DNA of 64,000 bases from Deltaproteobacteria bacterium (lineage in GTDB: Bacteria; Myxococcota; Kuafuiibacteriia; Kuafuiibacteriales; Kuafuiibacteriaceae), in NCBI GenBank assembly GCA_040218735.1, contig JAVJQW010000011.1:384001-448000 (forward strand). Direction: 5' to 3'. The first letter of the stretch is position 1. Each line of letters starts with the position of its first letter. The translations under genes were made by a program, and so were the position numbers. Positions 42,603 through 51,510 of the stretch are shown here, piece by piece. The notes under the pieces were generated by a model. That model was given only the letters and a program-made list of their open reading frames with translations, was not told the DNA's origin and searched no databases.

Positions 42603-44758
42603 CCCCGCGTGTTACCACGCCCTCGGGTGACGGGTCTCGCGCCGACGAAGAGGCCGAGGAGGAGGAGCCACGCGGCGCCGAGGCCACCGCGACCGTGGGT
42701 GGTCCGGCAGTCGCAGGACTCCTCGTCGATCTCCCCCGTGCCGGCGTCGAACGTGATCGAGCCGGCGTCGCGTGTCGCGGAACCTCCGTCGCGTGCCACC
42801 GCGCCGGCGTCGCGCGCTGCCGCGCCGCCGTCGCGCACCGCGCTGCCGTCGCGGGCGCCACCGTCGCGATCGTCACCCGCGTCGACGTCCCCCGCGTCGG
42901 GGACGACACCGGCATCGACACCGCCGTCGCGCGGCGGCGGACAGTCGGGCGGCGGGTCCTGGCACTCGTCGGGGGTGCCGTCGCTGTCGCAGTCGAGGCT
43001 GCCGCCGTTGACGATGTCGCAGCTGTCGACGACCTGGTTGCCGTTGCAATCGACCGCCGCGAAACACGCGTTGCGAACCAGCGTCAGCACGTTGCGCGGG
43101 ATGTCGGAGTCCGAAGCGGTCGTCCGCTGGTGCAGCCCGCCCGTCCCCGTCGCCAACGTGACGGCGTGGTTCACCACGCCTTGCGAAGAGCCTGTCCCGG
43201 TGATCGGGGAGACACGCACGCGCGCGGCGGTGGAGGTCGCTACCGCGTGGGTGATCGCGTCGGTGTCGAACGCGTTGAGCGGGTCGCCGCACCACGGCCC
43301 CTCGTCCGCGATCGGCACCACCACGCGCACCGTGCCCGGCGTCCAGACCTTCGTCCCCGCGACGACCGACACCGCGCGACCCCAGTCCTCCGACGCGACC
43401 TCGTTGCCGCCGGGGCACATGCCGAGCGTCTCGTTGCCCGCCGGCGGCGCGCCGGGCACGACCGTCCCGTAGCGATTGATCACGTGGTCCTCGAGGCACG
43501 CGTACGCGCCGCCCGGCGCCGCGCTGATCCCGAGCAGCTCGGAGGTCACTTCGATCCCACGCGCCTCCAGCTCGGTGCGAATGTCCGCGAGCTGCGTGCA
43601 CAGCGCAGCCGCCTCGTCGTCCATCGACGCCGAGGTGTCGAGCGCAACCACGACCTCGACCGGTGGGCAGCTCGGGCAGTCGTCCGGGACGCCGTCGCCG
43701 TCGCAGTCCGTGCTGGCGCCCGAGCTGATGTCACACGTGTCCGGGACGCCGTTGGCGTTGCAGTCGTTCGCCAGCCCCGACGCGAGCTCGCAGCGATCCA
43801 GGACGCCGCTTGCGTCGCAGTCGTTCGCGGCGGTCAGCGCGGTCGTGCAGCGCGAGAACGTGTACACCTGCGCGCCCGACGTCACGAGGATCTCGCTGCC
43901 GTCGGCGCGCACGTCGACGCCCGCCCACTGCGCGCCCCCGACCGCCAAGGATTCGACCAACGTCCGCACGGCGCCGCTCATCGTGTCGACCGCGACGAGT
44001 GTGTCGGTGCCCGCGTCGAGGACCAGCAGCTCGAACGTCACGGGATCGAGCACGGCGCCCACCGGGTCGACCAGCGCTGGTGTGACCACCAGCTGGCCGA
44101 ACGTGCCCGTGCCGTCCACGCTGAAGATGCGACCGGCGCCACCCTCGCCGGTGTCGATGATGTAGAGGTTGGTCGTGTCGAACACCACGTCGACCGGGTC
44201 CACGAAGGACGCGAGGTCCGGGACCAAGAGCTGCTGCACCTGCGCGACCGTCGCCGACCACGCCCAGACTTGGTCGGCGCCGTTGAAGCCGCGGTCGACG
44301 ACGACGGCGGTCCCCGGCGTCACGAGACCGCCCGTGTAGAACGGCGGCGCGATCGCCATGCCGACCGGGTCGTCGTCGCCGCTGTGCAACCCGCTCACCC
44401 ACGTGCTGCGCGTCGCCGGTTCGACGCTCGTGTCAACGCGGTAGATCACCCCGCCGAAGTCTTCGCTGAAGAACACACTCGTCGTGGAGCCGTCCGTGAG
44501 GAGCGCCGCGACGTTCGAGCCGGTGGCGATGCGCTCCGCGCGCCCGGTGAAGCCGACGCGGTACACCCCGTCGCCCGCGCCGCCGCGACGCCCCACGTAG
44601 TACGACGTGAGGTCGAACGGATCGAAGCGCGCCGACTGCGCGTTCGCGAACGCGAAGGTCGAGGTCCAGGTCAGGGTCGTGTCGACGACGGTCTGCGCGT
44701 CGGCGTCGACGGTGAACAGAGCGAGCGGTGCGGCGAGCAGCGCGGCGCGGCGGAGCAT
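42599..44758 (-). CDS. Surface protein: beta-propeller, Cys/Asp repeats, vWA domain and MYXO-CTERM tail
   Basis: Signal peptide; DCNANGVPDTC-type repeats; DTSAS MIDAS; RDGG/DAG stalk; CDC...GLGAAWLLLLGL..R tail. Confidence 0.85.
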   Translation of the reverse strand: MLRRAALLAAPLALFTVDADAQTVVDTTLTWTSTFAFANAQSARFDPFDLTSYYVGRRGGAGDGVYRVGFTGRAERIATGSNVAALLTDGSTTSVFFSEDFGGVIYRVDTSVEPATRSTWVSGLHSGDDDPVGMAIAPPFYTGGLVTPGTAVVVDRGFNGADQVWAWSATVAQVQQLLVPDLASFVDPVDVVFDTTNLYIIDTGEGGAGRIFSVDGTGTFGQLVVTPALVDPVGAVLDPVTFELLVLDAGTDTLVAVDTMSGAVRTLVESLAVGGAQWAGVDVRADGSEILVTSGAQVYTFSRCTTALTAANDCDASGVLDRCELASGLANDCNANGVPDTCDISSGASTDCDGDGVPDDCPSCPPVEVVVALDTSASMDDEAAALCTQLADIRTELEARGIEVTSELLGISAAPGGAYACLEDHVINRYGTVVPGAPPAGNETLGMCPGGNEVASEDWGRAVSVVAGTKVWTPGTVRVVVPIADEGPWCGDPLNAFDTDAITHAVATSTAARVRVSPITGTGSSQGVVNHAVTLATGTGGLHQRTTASDSDIPRNVLTLVRNACFAAVDCNGNQVVDSCDIVNGGSLDCDSDGTPDECQDPPPDCPPPRDGGVDAGVVPDAGDVDAGDDRDGGARDGSAVRDGGAAARDAGAVARDGGSATRDAGSITFDAGTGEIDEESCDCRTTHGRGGLGAAWLLLLGLFVGARPVTRGRGNTRG

Positions 44759-44795
44759 GGCTCCATCCTCCGCGCACCCGTGGGGCCACGCAAGG

Positions 44796-46316
44796 CTACC
44801 GCCCGGGACGGCGTATCCGCATGGTGGCGGGGACGCCCTTGCGGACCTCTTTGCCGTAGGCGGCTTCGAGCGCGTCGTCGATCGCGTCGGCCGAGGCGAC
44901 CGACCAGACGACCGGGTGGTTGACCATCGCTTCGATCGCCGTGCGCGCCGGCTTCTCCGACGGGTCCGAGATCGCGACGAAGAGTGTGTTGCCCTGCTGC
45001 TCCGAACGGAGCGCGTACGGCACCACGCCGAGCTCGGTCGCGAGGGCCTTGGGGATCGTCGCGAGCACCCGCGGGTGAATCGCCGACGACCCCGAAGTCC
45101 AGACCTCCAGATCGAGGTGGGTCGCTAGGGCCTTCACGGCGCGGTCGGCGAGCTCCGGGAGCATCTCCGCGAGGACCTGCATGTAACGTTTGTGGTTGGC
45201 CTGGACTTCGGCGGCGACGCGCTTCTTCTCGGTGGTCGTGAGGATCCCGAGCGACACCAGGAGCTCGGCGAGCGCCGCCTGGGTCTTCGGCCACTCCGCC
45301 GAACGATCCGGGTCCCCGACGACGACCTCCAGGACGTCCTCCGGCGCGACCTCCTCGATCGGCGGCGGCTCCGTGATGTGAGACGCCCAGTCCGACGCCT
45401 CGGCCTGCGGCGCCTTCTCTACGACCGGCGCCTTCTCCACGACCGGCGCCGGATCCGCCGCGGAGGGATCGGGCTCCGCGGTCAGCGCGAGGTCACCGGT
45501 CTCTACCGGGCGCCGCCGCGCCCGTTTGTCGCCCAGCTCGGCGAGCACGTCGCGCGCGCTGCGGAGCCGGCCCTCCGGGAGGCGATGGAGCAGCAGCGTG
45601 AGGAGCGCGTGGTTCGCGTCCGGTCCGCCCTCGAGCATGTCCGCGAGGATGACGCCCAGCGAGTAGAGGTCGGACGCCGGACCGATGTGGGCGTCGAGGC
45701 ATTCGGGCGCAGCGTAGGGAATCGAGGTGTCCGCGTACTCGGACGTCGGCGGACGGAGGCCGACCAGGCGGAAGTCGCAGATCGTCGCGCGCCCGTTCTT
45801 GGACACCACGACGTTCGACGGGCGCAAGTCGCGGTACACGAGGCCGACGTCGTGGGCGGCCGCGAGGCCCGCCGCGATGTCGCGCAGGATCTTCTCGGCC
45901 CGCGCGCGCGGGAGCGGGCCCTCGGCCTTTACGATCGATTCGAGCGTTCGCCCCGGCACGAAGTTCGACGCGACGAAGGCGAGCCCGCCCTCGGTGGTGT
46001 CGAACTCGATCACCTCCATCACGTTCGCGTGCCGCACCTTGGACAGCAGGTGCGCCGACTGGCGGAACTTCTTCACGAGCGCCTGGTCGGCGGACAGGTC
46101 CCCGACCAGCACCTTCACCGCGTACTTCTTCTCGCCGAGCTCGGCCCGGTAGACCCGCCCGAGCCGGCCCTCGGCGAGGAGCGCGCGGAGCGGGAAGCGG
46201 TCCACGGTGGTCTCGATGAGGTGCCGCTCACCCGCCTCCACGAGGGGGGTTCCGTCACGCGGACAGAAGGAGAAGTCGCGGAAGAACGCCGCGCTGCAGA
46301 CCACACAGACCTTCAA
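44796..46316 (-). CDS. Degenerate Ser/Thr kinase fused to a GSPII_N/MshEN-like domain
   Basis: N-terminal Zn ribbon CxxC..CPRDG; AVK, YRDLRPSN, DFR, APE; C-terminal IPKALA..LGVVP..LFVAISDP..AIDDAL..YG. Confidence 0.8.
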   Translation of the reverse strand: MKVCVVCSAAFFRDFSFCPRDGTPLVEAGERHLIETTVDRFPLRALLAEGRLGRVYRAELGEKKYAVKVLVGDLSADQALVKKFRQSAHLLSKVRHANVMEVIEFDTTEGGLAFVASNFVPGRTLESIVKAEGPLPRARAEKILRDIAAGLAAAHDVGLVYRDLRPSNVVVSKNGRATICDFRLVGLRPPTSEYADTSIPYAAPECLDAHIGPASDLYSLGVILADMLEGGPDANHALLTLLLHRLPEGRLRSARDVLAELGDKRARRRPVETGDLALTAEPDPSAADPAPVVEKAPVVEKAPQAEASDWASHITEPPPIEEVAPEDVLEVVVGDPDRSAEWPKTQAALAELLVSLGILTTTEKKRVAAEVQANHKRYMQVLAEMLPELADRAVKALATHLDLEVWTSGSSAIHPRVLATIPKALATELGVVPYALRSEQQGNTLFVAISDPSEKPARTAIEAMVNHPVVWSVASADAIDDALEAAYGKEVRKGVPATMRIRRPGR

Positions 46317-46322
46317 ACCCGA

Positions 46323-46510
46323 GGCGCAGCGTACCCGATCGGGCGCCCGGCCGGGAGTCGATCAGAGCGTCGCTGCGCCGCCGAGTCGACCCGACCGACG
46401 AGCCGGACGAGCCCACCTTCGAACGTGAGCCGAAGGCGCGACGCCTCGATGTAGGCGTCGGGCGCAGGCCCGAGCGCGAGCCCGTTCGCCACGACGGTGG
46501 CGATTCGTCA
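46323..46510. repeat. Hairpin-rich intergenic element upstream of thrC
   Basis: Stems GGCGCAGCG/CGCTGCGCC, CCTTCG/CGAAGG, CGACGCCT/AGGCGTCG and TCGCCAC/GTGGCGA; shares GTGAGCCGWAGGCG with the 41731 element. Confidence 0.5.
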
Positions 46511-46570
46511 CGCCTTCGTGGCCCCCGCGGGTTGACCAGGGTACGGATAGTCGAGGTTGGATCGTCCCCG

Positions 46571-47800
46571 ATGAGTCGCCAGATGCGCTGCCGCAGCTGC
46601 GGTGAAGACGAAGTGATTGTCGCCCGCTCCTACTGCGAGTCCTGCTTCGGTCCGCTCGAGGTCGTCTACGACTACGACGCGATTCGCGCGAACGTCGATC
46701 GCGACGCCGTCGCGGCGCGCCCACGCGGCGTGTTTCGGTTCGCGGAGCTACTGCCGGTCGACGAGGTCCCCGCGTTCTCACACGAGGTCGGGGAGACACC
46801 GCTGATGCCCGCGCCGCGCTTGGCGAAGGCGCTCGGGCTGACCGAGGTGTTCCTGAAGAACGACGCCGTCAACGCGCCGACGCTCTCGTTCAAGGATCGC
46901 GTCGTCGCGATGGCGCTCGGCAAGGCGAAGGAGCTGGGCTTCGACAAGGTAGGTTGCGCTTCGACGGGCAACCTCGCGAACAGCGTCGCCGCGCAGTCTC
47001 GCCGCGCCGACCTCGAAGCGTTCATCCTGATCCCCACCGGGCTCGAGGCCGCGAAGATCCTCGGCAGCGCGGTGTACAACACGACGCTCGTCGAGGTGGA
47101 GGGCGTGTACGACGACGTGAACCGCCTCTGCGCGCAGCTCGCGGACCAGCTCCCGATCGGGTTCGTGAACGTCAACCTGCGCCCGTTCTACGCCGAAGGC
47201 AGCAAGACGTTCGGCTTCGAGATCGCGGAGGCGCTCGGGTGGCGCGCGCCGGACGCGGTGGTGTGCCCGATGGCCGGCGGCTCGCTGATCGGAAAGATCC
47301 ACAAGGCGTTCTCGGAGCTCGAGACGCTCGGGTGGATCGAGAAGAACGGCGCCCGCATGTACGGCGCGCAAGCCGCGGGGTGCCAGCCGATCGTCGATGG
47401 CTTCGAACGCGGCGACGACGAGATTCAACCGGTGAAGCCGAACACGATCGCCAAGAGCCTCGCGATCGGGAACCCCGCGGACGGCTACTTCGCCTCCAAG
47501 CTCATCCGGAAGACAGGCGGCGTCGCGACCGGGGTGAGCGACGAAGAGATCGTCGCGGGGATGCGGATGCTCGCGGACTGCGAAGGTGTGTTCGCCGAGA
47601 CCGCGGGCGGTGTGACCGTCGCGGTGACGAAGCGGCTCGCGGAGGGGGGGCACCTGAAGGCCGGCGAGACGGTGGTCCTCGCGATCACCGGCAACGGCCT
47701 GAAGACGTCGGACGCGCTGAGCACAGAGCTCCCCCCGCCGAAGCGCATCCAGGCGAAGACGTCTCAGTTCGTCGCGATCTTCGAAGGTGCCCACGCGTGA
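46571..47800 (+). CDS. thrC: Threonine synthase
   Basis: PTLSFKDR (PLP lysine), CASTGNLA, EGSKT, SLAIGNPADG and TGNGLK; upstream of hom. Confidence 0.93.
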   Translation: MSRQMRCRSCGEDEVIVARSYCESCFGPLEVVYDYDAIRANVDRDAVAARPRGVFRFAELLPVDEVPAFSHEVGETPLMPAPRLAKALGLTEVFLKNDAVNAPTLSFKDRVVAMALGKAKELGFDKVGCASTGNLANSVAAQSRRADLEAFILIPTGLEAAKILGSAVYNTTLVEVEGVYDDVNRLCAQLADQLPIGFVNVNLRPFYAEGSKTFGFEIAEALGWRAPDAVVCPMAGGSLIGKIHKAFSELETLGWIEKNGARMYGAQAAGCQPIVDGFERGDDEIQPVKPNTIAKSLAIGNPADGYFASKLIRKTGGVATGVSDEEIVAGMRMLADCEGVFAETAGGVTVAVTKRLAEGGHLKAGETVVLAITGNGLKTSDALSTELPPPKRIQAKTSQFVAIFEGAHA

Positions 47801-49011
47801 CGCTCCGAATCGGCCTGCTCGGCGCGGGCGTCGTGGGCAGCGGGCTCCTTCGACTCATCGAAGAGCGCGGAGCGGGCCTCGAGGTGCGACACATCGCGGT
47901 TCGCGATCGCAAGAAGGCGCGCGAGCACGTGCCACAGGGCGTGCCGGTCGGGACCGTCGACGACGTCCTGAACGACCCCGACATCGACGTGGTCGTGGAG
48001 CTGATGGGCGGCATCGAGCCGGCGCTCACCGCGGTGCGCACGGCGATGGGGCACGGGCGACACGTCGTCACCGCCAACAAGGCGCTCGTCGCGGAGCACG
48101 GCGCCGAGCTGGCGCGCCTCGCACGTCAGGCGAACGTCGCGTTCCGCTTCGAGGCGAGCGTCGCGGGGTGCCTGCCGATCGTGGAGATCCTCCAGGCGGG
48201 GTTGGTGTTCGATCGGGTGGACCGCCTCTTCGGTATCTTGAATGGAACGTGCAACTTCATCCTCACCAGCGGGCAGCGCGACGGGCGGGGCTACCGCGAA
48301 GCGCTCGCGCAAGCGCAGGAGCTCGGCTTCGCGGAGGCGGACCCGACGCTCGACGTGAGCGGGATGGACACCGCGCAGAAGCTCTCGATCCTCGCGTCGC
48401 TCCTCACGAACCAACGCGCGACGATCGACGACCTCGCAGTGACGGGCATCGAGGACATCCGCGTCGAGGATCACCGGGCGGCGGAGGAGCTCGGCTACCG
48501 CATCAAGCTCCTGGGCCTCTACCGCGCGGGGGAGACCGCCGCGCTCCGCGTAGCGCCGACGCTCGTGGGCGCCGACTCCGCGATCGGGTTGACCACGGAC
48601 GAGTACAACGTGGTGGAGGTCGAGTGTCGCTACGTGGGTTGGCAGCTCCACCTCGGCAAGGGCGCGGGGAGCCTACCGACCGCCGCGGCGGTGCTGCACG
48701 ACCTCGAGCGCCTCACAGCGGCGTCCTCGGCGCTCGCGCCGCGCGACGACGTGCTCGCGCTGGAAAACCCACGCGCGTGGCGGTCGAAGTGGCTCGTGCG
48801 TCTCCCGCCGAGTGAGACGTCCCACAGCGCCGCGGAGATCGGCCAGGTGCTCGCGCGTTACGACGTTCAGATCGACGAGCTCCGTCGGTCACGTCAGCGC
48901 GGCGTCGGGACCCTCGTCATCACACGCCAGGCCCGCGCGGGCGACGTGACGGTCGCGGCGCGTCACCTCGACCCGTCGGCGGTGCTGCTCGGCATCGAGC
49001 CGGAGGCCTGA
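47797..49011 (+). CDS. hom: Homoserine dehydrogenase
   Basis: GAGVVG, VVTANKAL, FEASVAG, GILNGTCNFIL, GFAEADPT.DV.G.D and GKGAG..PTA. Confidence 0.93.
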   Translation: MTLRIGLLGAGVVGSGLLRLIEERGAGLEVRHIAVRDRKKAREHVPQGVPVGTVDDVLNDPDIDVVVELMGGIEPALTAVRTAMGHGRHVVTANKALVAEHGAELARLARQANVAFRFEASVAGCLPIVEILQAGLVFDRVDRLFGILNGTCNFILTSGQRDGRGYREALAQAQELGFAEADPTLDVSGMDTAQKLSILASLLTNQRATIDDLAVTGIEDIRVEDHRAAEELGYRIKLLGLYRAGETAALRVAPTLVGADSAIGLTTDEYNVVEVECRYVGWQLHLGKGAGSLPTAAAVLHDLERLTAASSALAPRDDVLALENPRAWRSKWLVRLPPSETSHSAAEIGQVLARYDVQIDELRRSRQRGVGTLVITRQARAGDVTVAARHLDPSAVLLGIEPEA

Positions 49012-50199
49012 GTGCTGGACCACGCGTTCACGATCGGTTCGGTCGTCGCGGCGACGACCGTCGTCCTGCTGGCGCGGACGTACCGCGGCGTCCTGTTCTC
49101 ACGGTTCGCGACGGTGATCCTCACGATCCACACGCTGTCGTCGGTGGCGCTCTTCGATCACGTCGGACGGTGGTGGCCGCTGTTCGTCTACCTGCAGCTC
49201 GCGACGTACGTTCACTTCGGGACGCTGGTCTGGGCGCGGCTGCGCCCGCTGCCGTGGCGGCTGCTGGTGAGCATCCCCGCCCACGCGTTCTCGGCGTCGA
49301 TCTTCTTCGCGGTGCCCTGGGCGATCGCGGCGGCGATCGGGTTCGAGCCGAAGGGGCTGATCGTTCCGTTCGTTCTCGGGTTGATCGGTCTCGTCGAGGC
49401 GTTCCTGCCGCGACAGCGCGACGTGCACGTGGACCTGTCAGAGCAACGCCTCGCCACGGACGGCATGATCCGCGCGCGGACGTCGAAGGGCGTGTCGGAG
49501 CGTCCCTTGCGCATCGTTCAGATCACCGACCCGCACCTCGGTCCCTTCATGTCCGCGTCACGGCTCGCGCGGATCTGTGAACGTGCCGTCGAACGCGACC
49601 CGGACCTCGTGCTCCTCACCGGTGACTTCATCACGATGGAGTCGCAGCGCAGCGCGGACCCGCTCGCCGAGGCGTTCGCGCCCCTCGCGAAGCTCGACGG
49701 CCGGGTGTTCGCGTGCCTCGGCAACCACGACTACGAGGCGCTCGCCGTGGTGAAGGAGGGGCTGTCCCGCGCGAACATCCGGTTGCTCGTCGACGAGGAG
49801 GCGACCGTCCAGACCGAGGCGGGGGCGGTGCAGGTCGTCGGCGTCGACTTCGTCTGGCGGGAGCGCCGCGCGCACCTCACGTCGCTGTTCACGCGTATTC
49901 CGCGGCGCGACGACCACGTGCGCGTGGTCCTGATGCACGACCCCGCCGCCTTCGCGGCCCTCCCGCAGGACGAAGGTGATCTCGTGTTGAGCGGCCACAC
50001 CCACGGCGGTCAGCTCGGGCTCGTCACGTTCGGCCTCCCAATCACGGTGCTGTCGCTGTTCACGCAGATCCCCGACCACGGCCTGTGGGCGCGGGGGCGC
50101 GACCGTCTGTACGTCCATCGGGGCACCGGACACTACGGGTTCCCGCTGCGGGTCGGTGTGCCGCGGGAGGAGAGCCTCCTGCACGTGCACCGAGGTTGA
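49012..50199 (+). CDS. Membrane-bound metallophosphoesterase
   Basis: TM helices, then TDPH, TGD, GNHD, HDP and GHTHGGQ. Confidence 0.9.
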   Translation: MLDHAFTIGSVVAATTVVLLARTYRGVLFSRFATVILTIHTLSSVALFDHVGRWWPLFVYLQLATYVHFGTLVWARLRPLPWRLLVSIPAHAFSASIFFAVPWAIAAAIGFEPKGLIVPFVLGLIGLVEAFLPRQRDVHVDLSEQRLATDGMIRARTSKGVSERPLRIVQITDPHLGPFMSASRLARICERAVERDPDLVLLTGDFITMESQRSADPLAEAFAPLAKLDGRVFACLGNHDYEALAVVKEGLSRANIRLLVDEEATVQTEAGAVQVVGVDFVWRERRAHLTSLFTRIPRRDDHVRVVLMHDPAAFAALPQDEGDLVLSGHTHGGQLGLVTFGLPITVLSLFTQIPDHGLWARGRDRLYVHRGTGHYGFPLRVGVPREESLLHVHRG

Positions 50200-50235
50200 C
50201 TGAACTTCGGTCCGCTGGAAACGTCGCGCGCGTCA

Positions 50236-51510
50236 ATGAAGATGAGAGCCCGCGCGTGGTGCACGGCGACCGCGATCGTCTTCCTACTGCTGACCGTGCC
50301 GCCGATCTTCGCGGGGCTGGCGACGATGTTCCAGCACGGCGACATGGTGAAGTTCCACCTGCCGCAGATCAACTATCACATCCAACACCCGCTCGACCTG
50401 CTCCACTACGAGGCCTCGTCCGCGACGACGCCCGGGCACCACTTCCTCTTCGCGTGGGTGTCGATCCTCTTCGGCTACGACAGCGTCTCCGAGAACACGA
50501 TGGTGCTGCGTCTGCTGAACGTGGTGATCGCGCTCGGGTTGATCGTCGTCGCCTGGATGACGTTCTACCGGCTGAAGAAGGACGCGCTGTTCGCGACGGC
50601 GTGCGCGCTCCCGCTGGTCGGATCGAACTACGTGCTGACGGCGGCGATCTGGATCAACACCGACAACGGCGCAATGTTGTTCTTCGCGTTGACGCTGTTC
50701 TCGATGCTCTTCTACGAGAACCGCGTCTACCTCGCCGCGATCAGCGTGCTGCTGATGGTGATGTGGCGGCAGATCTACCTGCCGGTCGTGGGCGCGCTCG
50801 CGTTCCCGGTGCTGCTGCCGGGCGATCGTAAGAAGACGATCGTGCGGGCCATCGCGACGGTGCTCCCGACGGTGATCGTCATCGGCGTCTACGCCAGCGC
50901 GTGGGGTGGCCTGACGCCCGGAACGACGCAGCTGTACAACAAGTTCACGCTGAACCTCTCCGTGCCGCTGCACGCGGTCGCGCTGACGGGGCTGTTCGCC
51001 CTCCCCTACGGCCTGCTGTTGAAGCCGACGTTCACGGGGCTCGATCCGCGCGGACGCAAGATCGTCCTCGGCGTCGGCGTGGCGATCGGGTTGATCTTGT
51101 GGCTCATCGCGGCGTCGAACCACGACAACGAGATGGGTCGCTGGGGCTCGCTGATCTGGGTGCTCGCGAAGAAGAGCCCCGGCATCGGCGACAAGACGTT
51201 CGTGGTCCTGCTCCTCGCGATCGCCGGCGCGACGACGCTCGCCGCGATGGGGTGGCGGGCGATCGCGGAGCGCTACTACCCGATCGAGCTGATGATGCTG
51301 CTCGCGTACTTCGCCGGGTACTCCGCGCAGGTCTTCGCGTGGCAGCGCTACATCGAGCCGGCGATCTTCCTCGTCATCGGCGTGCACTGCGCGCGCACGA
51401 AGGAAGCGACACCGCGCTTCGCCCTCGCGGGCCCGGCGCTCATGGCGGCGATCTTCGGGTTGATGTCCCAGCTCCGCATCTGGGGCACGCTCGGACAGAT
51501 GTTCGGTTAG
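50236..51510 (+). CDS. Polytopic GT-C glycosyltransferase resembling ALG10/DIE2
   Basis: About 11-12 TM helices; D..FHLPQ, TTPG, LRLLN, NTD, RQ and QRY in the order seen in ALG10. Confidence 0.65.
   Translation: MKMRARAWCTATAIVFLLLTVPPIFAGLATMFQHGDMVKFHLPQINYHIQHPLDLLHYEASSATTPGHHFLFAWVSILFGYDSVSENTMVLRLLNVVIALGLIVVAWMTFYRLKKDALFATACALPLVGSNYVLTAAIWINTDNGAMLFFALTLFSMLFYENRVYLAAISVLLMVMWRQIYLPVVGALAFPVLLPGDRKKTIVRAIATVLPTVIVIGVYASAWGGLTPGTTQLYNKFTLNLSVPLHAVALTGLFALPYGLLLKPTFTGLDPRGRKIVLGVGVAIGLILWLIAASNHDNEMGRWGSLIWVLAKKSPGIGDKTFVVLLLAIAGATTLAAMGWRAIAERYYPIELMMLLAYFAGYSAQVFAWQRYIEPAIFLVIGVHCARTKEATPRFALAGPALMAAIFGLMSQLRIWGTLGQMFG

Noticed and set aside
46321-46570. SAM riboswitch or Thr attenuator upstream of thrC-hom
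   Set aside because: I found no SAM-I/IV core, no Thr/Ile-rich leader peptide and no U-tract terminator; the hairpins look REP-like. An Rfam scan would settle it
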